A DNA stretch of 64,000 nucleotides from Candidatus Nomurabacteria bacterium (GCA_963842815.1 CAWJHU010000003.1:91683-155682); one strand, 5' to 3'; counted from the first letter of the stretch, positions 13,783-24,335 are shown. Numbers and translations: made by a program. The notes: a model not told the origin generated them from the sequence alone.

Positions 13783-16700
13783 GAAGTAAACTTTATACAC
13801 CTTCATACACATAGCCATTATTCCCTTTTGGACGGACTTTCCAAGCTTAAGGATTTGGCTGAACTTGCTAAAAAAAACAAGATGCCTGCCCTGGCTATTA
13901 CGGACCACGGCAACATGTATGGCGCCATTGAATTCTATAAATTGGCAAAAAAAGAAGGTATCAAACCCATTATCGGGGTGGAGGCTTATATGACCGCAGG
14001 TTCCCGCAAAGACAGGACAGTTGAATCGGAGGGTGGCAAACGTTATTATCACCTCACTCTTCTGGCAAAAAATTTACAGGGGTATAAAAATTTAATAAGA
14101 TTGGTTACCATTTCAAATCTGGAAGGATACTATTACAAACCCAGAATGGACAAAGAGATTCTCAAAAAATATTCGGACGGAATAATATGTCTTTCCGGAT
14201 GTTTGGGCGGAGAACTTTCCCAAAGTGTTGTCCGCAATGACACAGTAAAATCGGAAAAAATTATTCAGGATTATCAAGAAATTTTTGGCAAGGAAAATTA
14301 TTTTATAGAAATTCAGTGCCATCCTTCCGTGGAAAACGACAAGCAAGTGCGTGAGACTTTAATCAAGCTTGCCCAAAAAAATAATATTCCAGTGGTAGCC
14401 ACCCAGGATTCCCATTATCCATGCAGCGATGACCATGAGGCGCATCACACGCTGTTGCAAATAAATACCCAGGGCGACAGCAAAGAAGCGTCCAAATTTG
14501 AATTTTCGGATGATGATTTTTCTTTAATTGATACCAAAAAAGCATTGGAAATTTTCAAAGATATTCCGGAAGCTGTAATAAATACTCAAAAAATAGCTGA
14601 TATGTGCAATTTGGAATTGGAACTGGGAAATTGGGTTTTCCCGAATTTCAAAATTGAAGTGGGTATGACCTATGATGAAAAATTACGCGAACTTACCTAT
14701 GCCGGTTTTAAAAATATCGGTATAGAAAAAACACCAGAAATTATAGAGAGAGTGGAATATGAGTTGCAAATTATTTTTAAAAAGGGCTATTCGCCGTATT
14801 TTCTGGTGGTGGATGATTTATTGGACTATGCCAAAGATAATGGCATTTTAACTACCATTAGAGGTTCCGTAGCAGGTTCTATGGTCACCTATCTTCTTGG
14901 TATTACCAACGTGAATCCGATTGAATATAAACTCCCCTTTGAAAGATTTTTGAACCCATTTCGTCCTTCTCCGCCCGATATTGATATGGATTACGCCGAC
15001 AACAGGCGGGATGAAATGATAGAATACGCCAAAAGAAAATACGGGGAAGACAAGGTGGCACAAATCGGAACTTTCGGAACAATGATGGCGCGTGGCGCCG
15101 TACGGGATGTCGCTCGCGCTCTGGGTTATCCCTATAACGTCGGCGACAGAATTTCTAAAATGATTCCCATAGGCTCCCAAGGAATGCCTATGACCATAGA
15201 ACATGCCATAGAAATCGTGCCGGAATTAAAAGGAGCCTACAAAGACGAAAAAGACACAAAAAAAATAATAGATTTGGCCCACAAGCTGGAGGGATGCGTC
15301 AGACATATTTCCGTGCATGCGGCCGGGGTAGTTATCGCTCCCGAACCTCTTTACGAATACGTGCCTACACAGTTTGACCCAAAGGGCGGAAAAATAATCA
15401 CTCAATACGATATGTATAGCGTTGAAGATGCGGGGCTTTTAAAATTTGATTTTCTAGGCATTAGAAACTTATCCATTTTAGCCGACAGTATAAGTTTGGT
15501 AAAAAGATTTTATAATATTGACATAGACATAGAGCGCATTCCCCTTGATGATAAGAAAACTTTTGCTCTTCTGGCTTCCGGCCAGACGGAAGGGCTTTTC
15601 CAATTAAACGGCGACGGGATGACTAGATATTTGAAAGAATTGAAGCCCACTTCCATTCACGATATCAATGCCATGGTCGCTCTCTACCGCCCCGGGCCCG
15701 ATGGAATCAATTCCGGAATATATCAAACGTAAGCACGACAGAAAACTGGTAAAATATTTGGACCCGCGAATGAAAAAATTCCTGGGTGAATCTTACGGGC
15801 TTATCGTTTATCAGGATGACCTTCTTTTCTGCGCCATAGAATTGGCCGGCTACAACTGGGAAGAAGCGGACAAATTTCGAAAAGCCGTGGGTAAGAAAAT
15901 TCCCAAGGAAATGGCGGCTCAGAGAGAAAAATTTACCAAAGGCATTATTTCAAACGGGCAGACTCCGGAATTCGCCGAAAAACTTTGGAAAATTTTTGAA
16001 CCATTTCAGGCTTACGGTTTCAATAAAGCCCACGCCGCATCCTACGGACGGGTCGCCTATCAGACGGCTTACATGAAAGCAAATTATCCCGTGGAATATA
16101 TGACCGCCATTCTCACCGCCGAGTCCGGCGATATAGAAAAAATATCCGAAATAATCAATGAGTGCAAAAATATGAATATTCCCGTTCTGCCTCCCAATAT
16201 CAATGAAAGTTTTGGTGGGTTTACTTGCCTGCCGCACGACAAAGACACCATAATAAGTGATAAAAATAAAAGTGAAAAAATAAGATTTGGGCTTTATACC
16301 ATTAAAAACTTGGGCACCGACATCGCTGACGCCATTATCGCCGAAAGAAAAGCAAATGGAAAATTCAAATCCATTACCGATTTTTTGAACAGAATCAAGC
16401 ATAAAAACCTGAATAAAAAATCCATGGAAGCTTTAATAAAATCCGGCAGTATGGACGAATGGGGCGACCGGGGACTTTTCCTGGGGAATCTTGAAGATAT
16501 GCTTTTGTATCACAAAGAATCTTTTAATAAAAATGAAAACCAGACTTCTCTTTTCGGCGGGTCTGCGCAATCCGGAATTCTCGCCCTGAAATTAAAAGAT
16601 GCGCCAAAGGCCACCCAAGCCGAGAAGTTGCTTTGGGAAAAAGAGTTGCTTGGACTTTATATTTCCGGACATCCACTGGACCGTCTGCGTGATAAATTGG

Positions 16701-16993
16701 AAAGCCGGGATATAAATATTAAAAAAATAAAAGGAGAAATCGGAAACGGCATTCCGGTTACCATTGCCGGCATCATTGAAACGGCCAGAATTGTCATTAC
16801 CAAAAACAATGACCGCATGGCCTTTTTGAAAATTTCGGATTTGACCGATTCCATAGAGGCGGTTGTGTTTCCTTCCATCTTCAAAGAAGCGGTGGATATT
16901 TTCGTTCCGGAAAAATGTATTGCTTTTTCCGGCAAAGTTTCCCTTCGCAACGGCGAAAAGAGCATCATCATAGAAGCGGTGAAGGAGGTATAA
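13783..16993 (+). CDS. dnaE: DNA polymerase III alpha subunit DnaE, interrupted by a +1 frameshift at ~15688-15700
   Basis: PHP domain FIHLHTHSHYSLLDGLSKLKDLAELAK..ALAITDHGNMYGAIEFY. Frame A ends ...ALYRPGPDGINSGIYQT* while frame B continues (STAPGP)MESIPEYIKRKHDRKLVKYLDP..LGESYGLIVYQDDLL. The conserved YRPGPMESIPEYI run spans the two frames at the run cgccccgggcccg. Start set at the ATG at 13783 (MKEEVNFIHLH) because the longer ORF overlaps gap. Confidence 0.85.
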
Positions 16994-17007
16994 AAAGAGA
17001 AAAATTT

Positions 17008-17220
17008 CTAGTGGTAATCCTGTTTTGAGTCGCGTATTTTTATTGCTTGTTCCAAGGCTTTTTCAGGTAAAATTTCTTTGTTTTTTAGACTATTTATTAA
17101 AGCTTCAAGAGCAGGAATTTCATAATCATTTGCTCCCATTACGGCAACTTCTCCTTTAATCGCTTCTATTTCATTAATAGTTTTTTCTATAAGATTATTG
17201 TTATTTTTCCCTTCAAACAT
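17008..17220 (-). CDS. Hypothetical small protein (70 aa)
   Basis: ORF only; no recognisable motif. Confidence 0.3.
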   Translation of the reverse strand: MFEGKNNNNLIEKTINEIEAIKGEVAVMGANDYEIPALEALINSLKNKEILPEKALEQAIKIRDSKQDYH

Positions 17221-17233
17221 ACATTTTAAAAAA

Positions 17234-17761
17234 TTAATTATAAAGACTCATCGCTTTTTCTTTGCCTTCGGTAAAAATAATTTCCAAAGCCTCGACGACT
17301 TTTTTGGAAATTTTTTTTAATTCATTTAATTCCTTTTCTTTGTATTTGCCAAGCAAGAATTTCAACACCTCCTTCTCCCCTTTCGGTTTTCGTATCTTGC
17401 CGGATGGTGTGGCTGGCGAAGTGCCAATTCTGATGCGCAAAAATTCTTCAGATTTCAATGCTTTGATGATGGAGCCCAAACCATTGTGTCCTCCGGAAGA
17501 CCGATTGAAAGAAATTTTTATTTTCCCTAAAGGCAAATCAATGTCGTCGTAAATCACCACAAGGTCTTTTAAATCTTTTTTTGATTTGATTAGGGGCGCA
17601 ACCACTTTGCCGGAGTTATTCATAAATTTATCGGGATAAACAAACTTAATTTTGTCTTTTAGGTTTAATTTTTTTTCAACCATTTCCAGCACAATAAAAC
17701 CGGTATTATGCCTGGTATTTTCATATTCTTTGCCCGGATTTCCTAAACCAACGATTAATTT
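17234..17761 (-). CDS. pth: Peptidyl-tRNA hydrolase
   Basis: MKLIVGLGNPGKEYENTRHNTGF is the classic Pth N-terminus. Start taken at the internal Met; the longer ORF adds 15 aa. Confidence 0.85.
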   Translation of the reverse strand, partial: KLIVGLGNPGKEYENTRHNTGFIVLEMVEKKLNLKDKIKFVYPDKFMNNSGKVVAPLIKSKKDLKDLVVIYDDIDLPLGKIKISFNRSSGGHNGLGSIIKALKSEEFLRIRIGTSPATPSGKIRKPKGEKEVLKFLLGKYKEKELNELKKISKKVVEALEIIFTEGKEKAMSLYN

Positions 17762-17793
17762 CATATTTTGGATTATAGCATACAAATTTAATT

Positions 17794-17846
17794 CACCTCT
17801 CCCCAACCCCTCTCCTTATTAAGGAGAGGGGTGAAGGGGTGAGGTC
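17794..17846. repeat. GC-rich imperfect palindrome (~52 bp) in the divergent pth/lepB intergenic region
   Basis: tcacctctccccaacccctctcctta|ttaaggagaggggtgaaggggtgaggtc. The central 12+12 bp pair perfectly and the outer arms imperfectly. GC-rich island in AT-rich DNA. Confidence 0.5.
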
Positions 17847-17907
17847 TAATCTATTACAAAACAAGTATCTCCTTTGTGTCAAGACTTTTTTGTGTTAAAA
17901 TACTGTA

Positions 17908-18501
17908 ATGAATGAAGAAAATAAGCTTGCCGAAACAGGCAAGGAGAAGTTCACTAAGCAGTCATTTTGGGAGTTGGTACGTTTTGCCTTGATAGCCATT
18001 ATAATAGTTATCCCCATCCGCATATTCATTGCTCAGCCTTTTATTGTCTCGGGTTCCTCCATGGTTCCCACTTTTGAAAATGGACAATATCTGATAGTGG
18101 ATGAAATATCCTATAGATTGAATAATCCACAGAGAGATGACGTGGTAGTTTTCCGATACCCAAACGACACCACAAAATTTTTTATTAAAAGAATAATCGG
18201 ACTTCCGAATGAAACGGTGGACATAAAAGGCACCACGGTTACCATAACCAATTCAGAACATCCGGGAGGATTTACGCTTTCGGAGCCTTATATACAAAAT
18301 ACCGCCGACAGCAATACGCATCTTGAGCTGAAGAGCGATGAATATTTTGTAATGGGCGACAACAGACCAGCCAGTTCCGATTCCAGATATTGGGGTCCTG
18401 TCTCTAGAAAACTTTTGATAGGAAAAGTATTTCTGCGTTTATTGCCGGTAAATAAAATAGGCGTCTTGCCGGGTGATTATAAACAAACTCAATCCCAGTA
18501 G
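17908..18501 (+). CDS. lepB: Signal peptidase I (S26 family)
   Basis: SGSSMVPTFENGQYLIVDEISY (catalytic Ser box), VVVFRYP, FIKRIIGLPNE, YFVMGDNRPASSDSRYWGPV. Confidence 0.85.
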   Translation: MNEENKLAETGKEKFTKQSFWELVRFALIAIIIVIPIRIFIAQPFIVSGSSMVPTFENGQYLIVDEISYRLNNPQRDDVVVFRYPNDTTKFFIKRIIGLPNETVDIKGTTVTITNSEHPGGFTLSEPYIQNTADSNTHLELKSDEYFVMGDNRPASSDSRYWGPVSRKLLIGKVFLRLLPVNKIGVLPGDYKQTQSQ

Positions 18502-18502
18502 T

Positions 18503-19804
18503 ATGAAAACAAAAACTATAAAAACCAAGACGAAGAACCTATCATCCCCCAAAGGAATGAGAGATATTATTAATGAAGAATATTATAGTTTTCAGGGATT
18601 TTTTGAAAAAGCTCAGGAGGTAGCCGTTTATTACGGTTTCAAACCCATTGAAACTCCCATGCTGGAACATGCGGAAGTTTTTACTTCAGGCATTGGCGAA
18701 GGAACGGATATCATAGACAAAGAAATGTATACTCTCAAAACCAAAGGCGGAGACCATTTGGCTCTAAGACCGGAACATACTGCGTCGCTTATGCGCTCTT
18801 ACATTGAACATGGAATGCAGAATATGCCTCAGCCTGTAATGTTTTATCAATATGGTCCGGCTTTTAGGCATGACAATCCTCAACGCGGACGTTACAGACA
18901 ATTTTGGCAATTTGACTTGGATTCTTTGGGAAGCGACAAAAGCATTGTGGACGCGTTGGTAATAAAAGTCGGCATGAGCATTTTGGAAGATGCCGGAGCT
19001 GTCAATTTGTCCGTAGATATCAATTCCATAGGCGACAAAGAATGCCGGCACTCATATATAAAAGAACTTACCAGTTATTACAGAAAACACATAAATGACT
19101 TAGCTCATGTTGACCGTGAACGCTTGAAAACAAATCCCCTTCGCATTCTGGATTCCAAAGAGGAAAAAACAATGGCAGTGAATGAAAATGCCCCGGATTC
19201 CATAAGTTTCCTCTGCCCTGCTTGCAAAAAGCATTTTAAGGAAGTTCTGGAATATTTGGAAGAAATGAATATTCCCTACAATATTAATAAAAATCTGGTG
19301 CGAGGACTTTCCTATTACACCCGCACTGTTTTTGAAGTGGTTGAAGAGAGCGGAGCAGAAGACGGAACCCCTCTCACCATCGCCGGAGGCGGACGTTATG
19401 ATTATCTTGCCCGCCAACTGGGCAGCAAAAAAGATGTTCCGGCAGTCGGCTTTTCAATCGGCGTAGACAGAATTATTGCATCTCCTTGGTATAAAAAGCT
19501 TTCGCCTCGCATAATGAAAAAACCGAAAATGTATTTTATCCAGCTCGGTTCCGAAGCAAAATTGAAAAGCTTGAATATAATAGAAATATTGCGCAAAGCG
19601 CATGTGCCCATTGCCCAGTCAATTTCCAAAGACAGCTTGGGTTCCCAGCTGGCCATTGCTGAAAAGCTGGGTGTTCCATACGCGCTTATTTTCGGAGTAA
19701 AAGAAGCAATAGAAGATTCGGTAATTGTCCGGGATATGTCCAATAGGTCCCAGGAAACCGTGAAATTAAGCAAGCTATTGGAATATCTAAAGGAGATAAA
19801 ATGA
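18503..19804 (+). CDS. hisS: Histidyl-tRNA synthetase
   Basis: KGMRDII..., class II motif 2 FRHDNPQRGRYRQFWQFD, motif 3 region GGGRYDYL. Start set at the Met after the lepB stop. Confidence 0.85.
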   Translation: MKTKTIKTKTKNLSSPKGMRDIINEEYYSFQGFFEKAQEVAVYYGFKPIETPMLEHAEVFTSGIGEGTDIIDKEMYTLKTKGGDHLALRPEHTASLMRSYIEHGMQNMPQPVMFYQYGPAFRHDNPQRGRYRQFWQFDLDSLGSDKSIVDALVIKVGMSILEDAGAVNLSVDINSIGDKECRHSYIKELTSYYRKHINDLAHVDRERLKTNPLRILDSKEEKTMAVNENAPDSISFLCPACKKHFKEVLEYLEEMNIPYNINKNLVRGLSYYTRTVFEVVEESGAEDGTPLTIAGGGRYDYLARQLGSKKDVPAVGFSIGVDRIIASPWYKKLSPRIMKKPKMYFIQLGSEAKLKSLNIIEILRKAHVPIAQSISKDSLGSQLAIAEKLGVPYALIFGVKEAIEDSVIVRDMSNRSQETVKLSKLLEYLKEIK

Positions 19805-20340
19805 AAAAAATAGTTCAAAAAGAAGACAGAGTTCTGCGCCAGAACACAAAAGACATCCCCGTGAGTGAAATTGCCAAGCCCAAAATACAAAAAATACTGA
19901 AAGAAATGTCTTCGGCATTAAAAAAACAAAGCGACGGAGTAGCTTTGGCGGCACCTCAAATAGGATATAAATTATCTATTTTTGTGGTTTCCGGAAAAAT
20001 TTTTCATAAAGATTTTATCAGCGGAGAAAAGGAATTTGAAAAAATACCAAATAAGGAAGTTCCCAAAGATTTGGTTTTTATCAACCCGAAAATTTCTAAA
20101 TTATCTCGAGAAAAAGAATGGCTCATGGAAGGATGCCTTTCCGTCAGATGGCTTTATGGAAAAACCTATAGGTCAAAAAAGGCTATGATTACAGCCTATG
20201 ATGAAAACGGAAAAAAATTCCAAAGAGGAGCTTCCGGTCTTTTGGCTCAAATTTTTCAGCATGAAACAGACCACCTGAAAGGGGTACTTTTCATAGACCA
20301 CGCCAAAGAAATTAGGGAGGAGCTACCTAAGCAAATTTAA
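19801..20340 (+). CDS. def: Peptide deformylase
   Basis: The three PDF motifs: GVALAAPQIG, EGCLSV, QHETDHLKG. The start overlaps the hisS stop (ATGA). Confidence 0.85.
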   Translation: MKKIVQKEDRVLRQNTKDIPVSEIAKPKIQKILKEMSSALKKQSDGVALAAPQIGYKLSIFVVSGKIFHKDFISGEKEFEKIPNKEVPKDLVFINPKISKLSREKEWLMEGCLSVRWLYGKTYRSKKAMITAYDENGKKFQRGASGLLAQIFQHETDHLKGVLFIDHAKEIREELPKQI

Positions 20341-21027
20341 TTTGAAATAATTAATCAGAGAAATCCCTTTCTCGTCTATTTTTAGATTTATCTGCCAATT
20401 TTCAAGGCCCCTGGAAATGGATTTTTTTACTATATTGGTTATTCTTTTATCCGGGTTTTCCGGAACTTTAAATTTTTCCGCATTATATAAATAGCATAAA
20501 AGCATTATCGCCCTTTGGCCTTTTTTAATTTGACTGGATGTATCATAAAAATGTCTGCCCAATCTTTCAAAGGAATTAAATTTGGCATTATTTTTTTTAC
20601 TGCCAAAGGGAAGAAGCATTAGCGGAGTTTTTACTTCCAAAAAGCAATTATCGTTTATCAGAAAATCTATTCTGGAATTATTAAGTTTTACTTCCCTCTT
20701 CAGTTTTTTTACTTTAATCATTTCGGGCAGAAGATTATTTTTTAGAAAAAATTCAAGGTAGCCGTTGGCTTTTGTTTGGTTTATACCAACCCACAGTTTG
20801 GGCAACGGTGAAATTGCCTCCACGGTATAGTTGGTTTTCCTCTTTGGGTTTTCTGATTTTGAAAGCAAACAGGGAATATTTTTGAATTCCATGTTTCCGA
20901 TTCTTCCGGTGGAAGGACAATGGCATTTTTCCAATTTGCCGTTAATTTTTACGAACATTATGAACCTATTGGGCCTGGATTTTATCAGCCCGGGAATTAA
21001 TTTTCCTTCAAAAAGATATTTTTTCAT
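20323..21027 (-). CDS. sfsA: SfsA-family protein (sugar fermentation stimulation protein A-like nuclease/DNA-binding)
   Basis: N-terminus GKLIPGLIKSRPNRFIMFVKINGKLEKCHCPSTGRIG...KRKTNYTVEAI parallels the SfsA R.NRF..V...G....HCPNTG....KRK..Y motif pattern. Length of 234 aa fits. Confidence 0.5.
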   Translation of the reverse strand: MKKYLFEGKLIPGLIKSRPNRFIMFVKINGKLEKCHCPSTGRIGNMEFKNIPCLLSKSENPKRKTNYTVEAISPLPKLWVGINQTKANGYLEFFLKNNLLPEMIKVKKLKREVKLNNSRIDFLINDNCFLEVKTPLMLLPFGSKKNNAKFNSFERLGRHFYDTSSQIKKGQRAIMLLCYLYNAEKFKVPENPDKRITNIVKKSISRGLENWQINLKIDEKGISLINYFKLNLLR

Positions 21028-21096
21028 ATGACAATAAATTGTATGTTATGTGAACTTTATGATAACATTAAATGATTCCTAAATGCCAACATAAAC

Positions 21097-21963
21097 ATGA
21101 AAAACATCTCAAAAGAAAAATTGAATTTCGTATTTTGGGGAACGCCGGATGTGGCCTCTGAGACTTTAGAAATATTAAAGGAAAATGGCTATTTGCCGTC
21201 GCTTATTATTACTTCGCCTGATAAACCACAGGGACGCAAAATGCTCATTACTCCCCCGCCGGTAAAAGTTTGGGCGATGAAAAACAAGATTCCATATTTG
21301 CAACCGGAAGATTTGACGTTCCCCTGTCCCTGGGTCAGGGGAGAATCCCCTGACCCAGGGACAGGGGAACAAAATATTCCCGAGCTCTTCCTGGTTGTCG
21401 CCTACGGAAAAATAATTCCGGAAGATATTATAAATCTACCCAAATTTGGTTCTATTAATATTCATTATTCCCTTCTGCCCAAATATCGCGGAGCTTCGCC
21501 GGTGGAATCAGTTATTTTAAATGGAGATAAAGAAACAGGTATTAGCATCCAAAAAATGGAATATAAAATGGACACCGGTCCGATCATTGCCCAAGAAAAA
21601 GTAGAAATGGGGCCAGACGAAAAAGCTCCCGAATTGCGCAAGCGTTTGATAAAAATCGGCGGAGAGCTTTTGGTAAAAACTTTGCCTAATTTTATAGATG
21701 GAAAAATCAAACTGATTTCACAAAATGAGAACGAGGCAACCTATTGCAAAAAAATTAAAAAAGAAGATGGGCTAGTTAACTTGGAGACCGAGTCGCCAAG
21801 CGTTCTATATAATAAATTCCGCGCCTATGCCGCTTGGCCCAGAACTTTCTTTTTCAAGGATGGCAAAAGAATAATCATCACTGACGCTGTGCTGGAAAAT
21901 AATCAATTTGTAATAAAAAAAATCATCCCCGAAGGCGGAAAAGAAATAAATTATAGAAATTAG
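21097..21963 (+). CDS. fmt: Methionyl-tRNA formyltransferase, carrying an in-frame 47-bp palindromic insertion
   Basis: FVFWGTPDVASETLEIL, VVAYGKIIPEDIINLPKFGSINIHYSLLPKYRGASPVESVILNGDKETGISIQKM. The extra segment FPCPWVRGESPDPGTGE between YLQPE and VVAYG is encoded by the palindrome at 21321-21367. Confidence 0.85.
   Translation: MKNISKEKLNFVFWGTPDVASETLEILKENGYLPSLIITSPDKPQGRKMLITPPPVKVWAMKNKIPYLQPEDLTFPCPWVRGESPDPGTGEQNIPELFLVVAYGKIIPEDIINLPKFGSINIHYSLLPKYRGASPVESVILNGDKETGISIQKMEYKMDTGPIIAQEKVEMGPDEKAPELRKRLIKIGGELLVKTLPNFIDGKIKLISQNENEATYCKKIKKEDGLVNLETESPSVLYNKFRAYAAWPRTFFFKDGKRIIITDAVLENNQFVIKKIIPEGGKEINYRN
21321..21367. repeat. Perfect 22-bp inverted repeat with a 3-nt spacer (47 bp, GC-rich), embedded in frame in fmt
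   Basis: cccctgtccctgggtcagggga gaa tcccctgacccagggacagggg. The right arm is the exact reverse complement of the left arm. Confidence 0.9.
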
Positions 21964-22358
21964 TATTTGGCTGTAAAAGGATTTCTTCTGGAAAGGCCTT
22001 TCATCATTTTTTTGACACTGGAAGCTCCGCGTTTGAATAATGTCTGTCTGCGGTCTTTGTTTTTCCTGATTTCATTAAAAAGGCTTTCTTTTATTTCATC
22101 AATGGCCTGATACAGGTCTTCCTTATCGGAACTGGCATAAAATTCTTTCCCATCTATTTTAATCAGGCAATCCGAATGAAAAACAGCGCCGGTTTTGTGA
22201 TGCTTGGTGCTTTTCCCAACTTCAAAATTAACCAGCACTTCCCCTCCTCCGGCTTCCATGGTGGAAAGCAATTTTTCCAGATTAGTAACCCTTTTGGAAA
22301 CATAATCTTTAATGGCTTCAGTCAGCTCAAAATTTTTTCCCTGTAAATTTATTTTCAT
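21960..22358 (-). CDS. hpf: Ribosome hibernation-promoting factor / RaiA (S30AE family)
   Basis: MKINLQGKNFELTEAIKDYVSKRVTNLEKLL...VNFEVGKSTKHHKTGAVFHSDCLIKIDGKEFYASS...LYQAIDEIKESL. Confidence 0.8.
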   Translation of the reverse strand: MKINLQGKNFELTEAIKDYVSKRVTNLEKLLSTMEAGGGEVLVNFEVGKSTKHHKTGAVFHSDCLIKIDGKEFYASSDKEDLYQAIDEIKESLFNEIRKNKDRRQTLFKRGASSVKKMMKGLSRRNPFTAKY

Positions 22359-22403
22359 GTTTCTATTCTATCATGGAATAACTTTTATGAAATCTGGATT
22401 AAT

Positions 22404-24335
22404 TTAATATTTCATGCCGTGAATAAGAGCCTTTAAAAGAATATCCAGTTTCATGGTTGCCACACCCACGACCTTGTCTGCCCCGCCGTAATAAATATAA
22501 AGCAAGCTGTCTTTTAGAACCATACCGCAGGGAAATACAACATTATTCACAACTCCGCTTTTTTCATATTCTTCCACCGGTTCAAAAATCGGGTCGCTGC
22601 TACGAGCTAAAACAATGGCGGGGTCTTTCAAATCTAGCAAAACGCATCCGATGCGATAGGTATTATGGCTCTTGGATACGCCGTGGTAAAGCAAGAACCA
22701 GCCGTATTTGGTTTTAAGGGGCGGAGCGGAAATGCCGACTTTGGCGCTGTCCCAGGTGTTTATGCGGGGTCCGATAATTCTTATGCATTTTTTCACCATT
22801 TCATGCTTGAAATCCAAAGTGGACAAATAATCGCCGCAAATTTCATTGCCCACTCGATGCAAGATAAAATAACCCAGTGGGAATTTTTGAGGGAAAAGAC
22901 AGGTGTCTTTATCATCCAAACCCTGCGGAGTGATGAGAAATGGTTTTTCCCATTTCCAATTTTGAGAAATAAAATCTTTTTCCGAGATGGATGAAATGGC
23001 CACCCGGGGAGGTCCGATGCTGTCAAAGGCCGTGTAGCATACATATATGTTTTTGCCGATTTTTGTCAAACGCGGGTCTTCGCATCCGGAATTCTGATTA
23101 TTTATTTTTTTATTTTCAAATTCTTCCCGAGGCACATAGACGGGTAAAGATAGCCGTTCAATTATATCCACTCCGTTTTTGGTCATGGCATAGCCGAAAG
23201 TAGACGTATTGTCCTGGGACATGGCCCGATAGACGATATGCGTTTTCCCATTCAGAAAAATGGCTGCCGGATTAAAGGTCGCTTTTTCTTCCCATTTATT
23301 TTCTTTTTTAGGAAGAATAATCGGATTCTTGGGAGAACGCTTGAAGCTGAAATTATCTTTATATTTATAGTGCATGCTGAAAATAAGGTCATTTAAATTG
23401 ACTTTGGCAAAACATACGGTAGTGTCCGCCGCGCCATAGTATATGGCAAGAATATCTTTTTCAACCAGAGCGCCGGTGGGAAAAACTATATTCCCCACAT
23501 AGCCGGACAGCTCGTAAAATTCTTCCGGCACAATAATAGGTCCACCGGTTCGGCCGATTATTTTTTGCAAATCTTTTGAATCAAATAAAACCGCCTCAAT
23601 GCCGAAAATCCTGTCGGGGTTGCCGTCTGACGGAAAATAATTTTGAATGTGAGAATAAATAAACAGCCAGCCATATTTGGTTTTAATGGGCGGAGCTCCG
23701 ACTTCTATATGGTCGTAGGGGGAACGTTTTAAATCAATGGTGCAATTATCAACATTCTTCTCCCATTTTTCCCAAAACGACGGCGACCATAATTCTTCAA
23801 TCCTATCCAATTCGGCAATAACAATTTTGGCCGGAGGAGAATCGGTGTGATAGGAAAAGATAACTACAATTTTCCCATTTATCCGCTCCGGAAAAAGAGT
23901 CATAGCTTTGGCATTGAAAGGAGTAACCAGGTGCCGTTCATCAATCTTTTTTAAATTTTTAGAGAGAGCCACGGCCACCCTTATGCCGTCCGAACTGAAC
24001 GGATATTTTGAAAGCGCTGTATAAAAAGTGTAAAAAGTCCCTTCAAAATATGTTATTCTCGGGTCTTCACAGCCGAATTTTTCCCATTCTTCCTTGGGAA
24101 CTATAAAAGGGGTACGGTCTTCAAAAAGCGCGCCGTCTTTGCTTTTACCTATGCCGATGGTGGAAATTTGACGGGGATTTTGCAATTTATCTTCCGCTGA
24201 GATAGCGCGATAAACTCCAAAAAATGTTTTGCCATATTTGACCGGGCAAAGATTAAAACTGGCAAATTTTTCCCAATAATGGTCTCCGTCGGGAATCAAT
24301 ATTGGATTGTGTTCCGATTTTTTAACAACAAACAT
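22404..24335 (-). CDS. Tandem GH130-like (DUF377 / beta-mannoside phosphorylase-like) glycosidase, two domains
   Basis: Two copies of the GH130 pattern: NPAAI..G..HIVYRA, GCEDPR(I/L)T, YGW(L/F)L(I/L)YHGV, YYG(A/G)AD. 643 aa. Confidence 0.65.
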   Translation of the reverse strand: MFVVKKSEHNPILIPDGDHYWEKFASFNLCPVKYGKTFFGVYRAISAEDKLQNPRQISTIGIGKSKDGALFEDRTPFIVPKEEWEKFGCEDPRITYFEGTFYTFYTALSKYPFSSDGIRVAVALSKNLKKIDERHLVTPFNAKAMTLFPERINGKIVVIFSYHTDSPPAKIVIAELDRIEELWSPSFWEKWEKNVDNCTIDLKRSPYDHIEVGAPPIKTKYGWLFIYSHIQNYFPSDGNPDRIFGIEAVLFDSKDLQKIIGRTGGPIIVPEEFYELSGYVGNIVFPTGALVEKDILAIYYGAADTTVCFAKVNLNDLIFSMHYKYKDNFSFKRSPKNPIILPKKENKWEEKATFNPAAIFLNGKTHIVYRAMSQDNTSTFGYAMTKNGVDIIERLSLPVYVPREEFENKKINNQNSGCEDPRLTKIGKNIYVCYTAFDSIGPPRVAISSISEKDFISQNWKWEKPFLITPQGLDDKDTCLFPQKFPLGYFILHRVGNEICGDYLSTLDFKHEMVKKCIRIIGPRINTWDSAKVGISAPPLKTKYGWFLLYHGVSKSHNTYRIGCVLLDLKDPAIVLARSSDPIFEPVEEYEKSGVVNNVVFPCGMVLKDSLLYIYYGGADKVVGVATMKLDILLKALIHGMKY

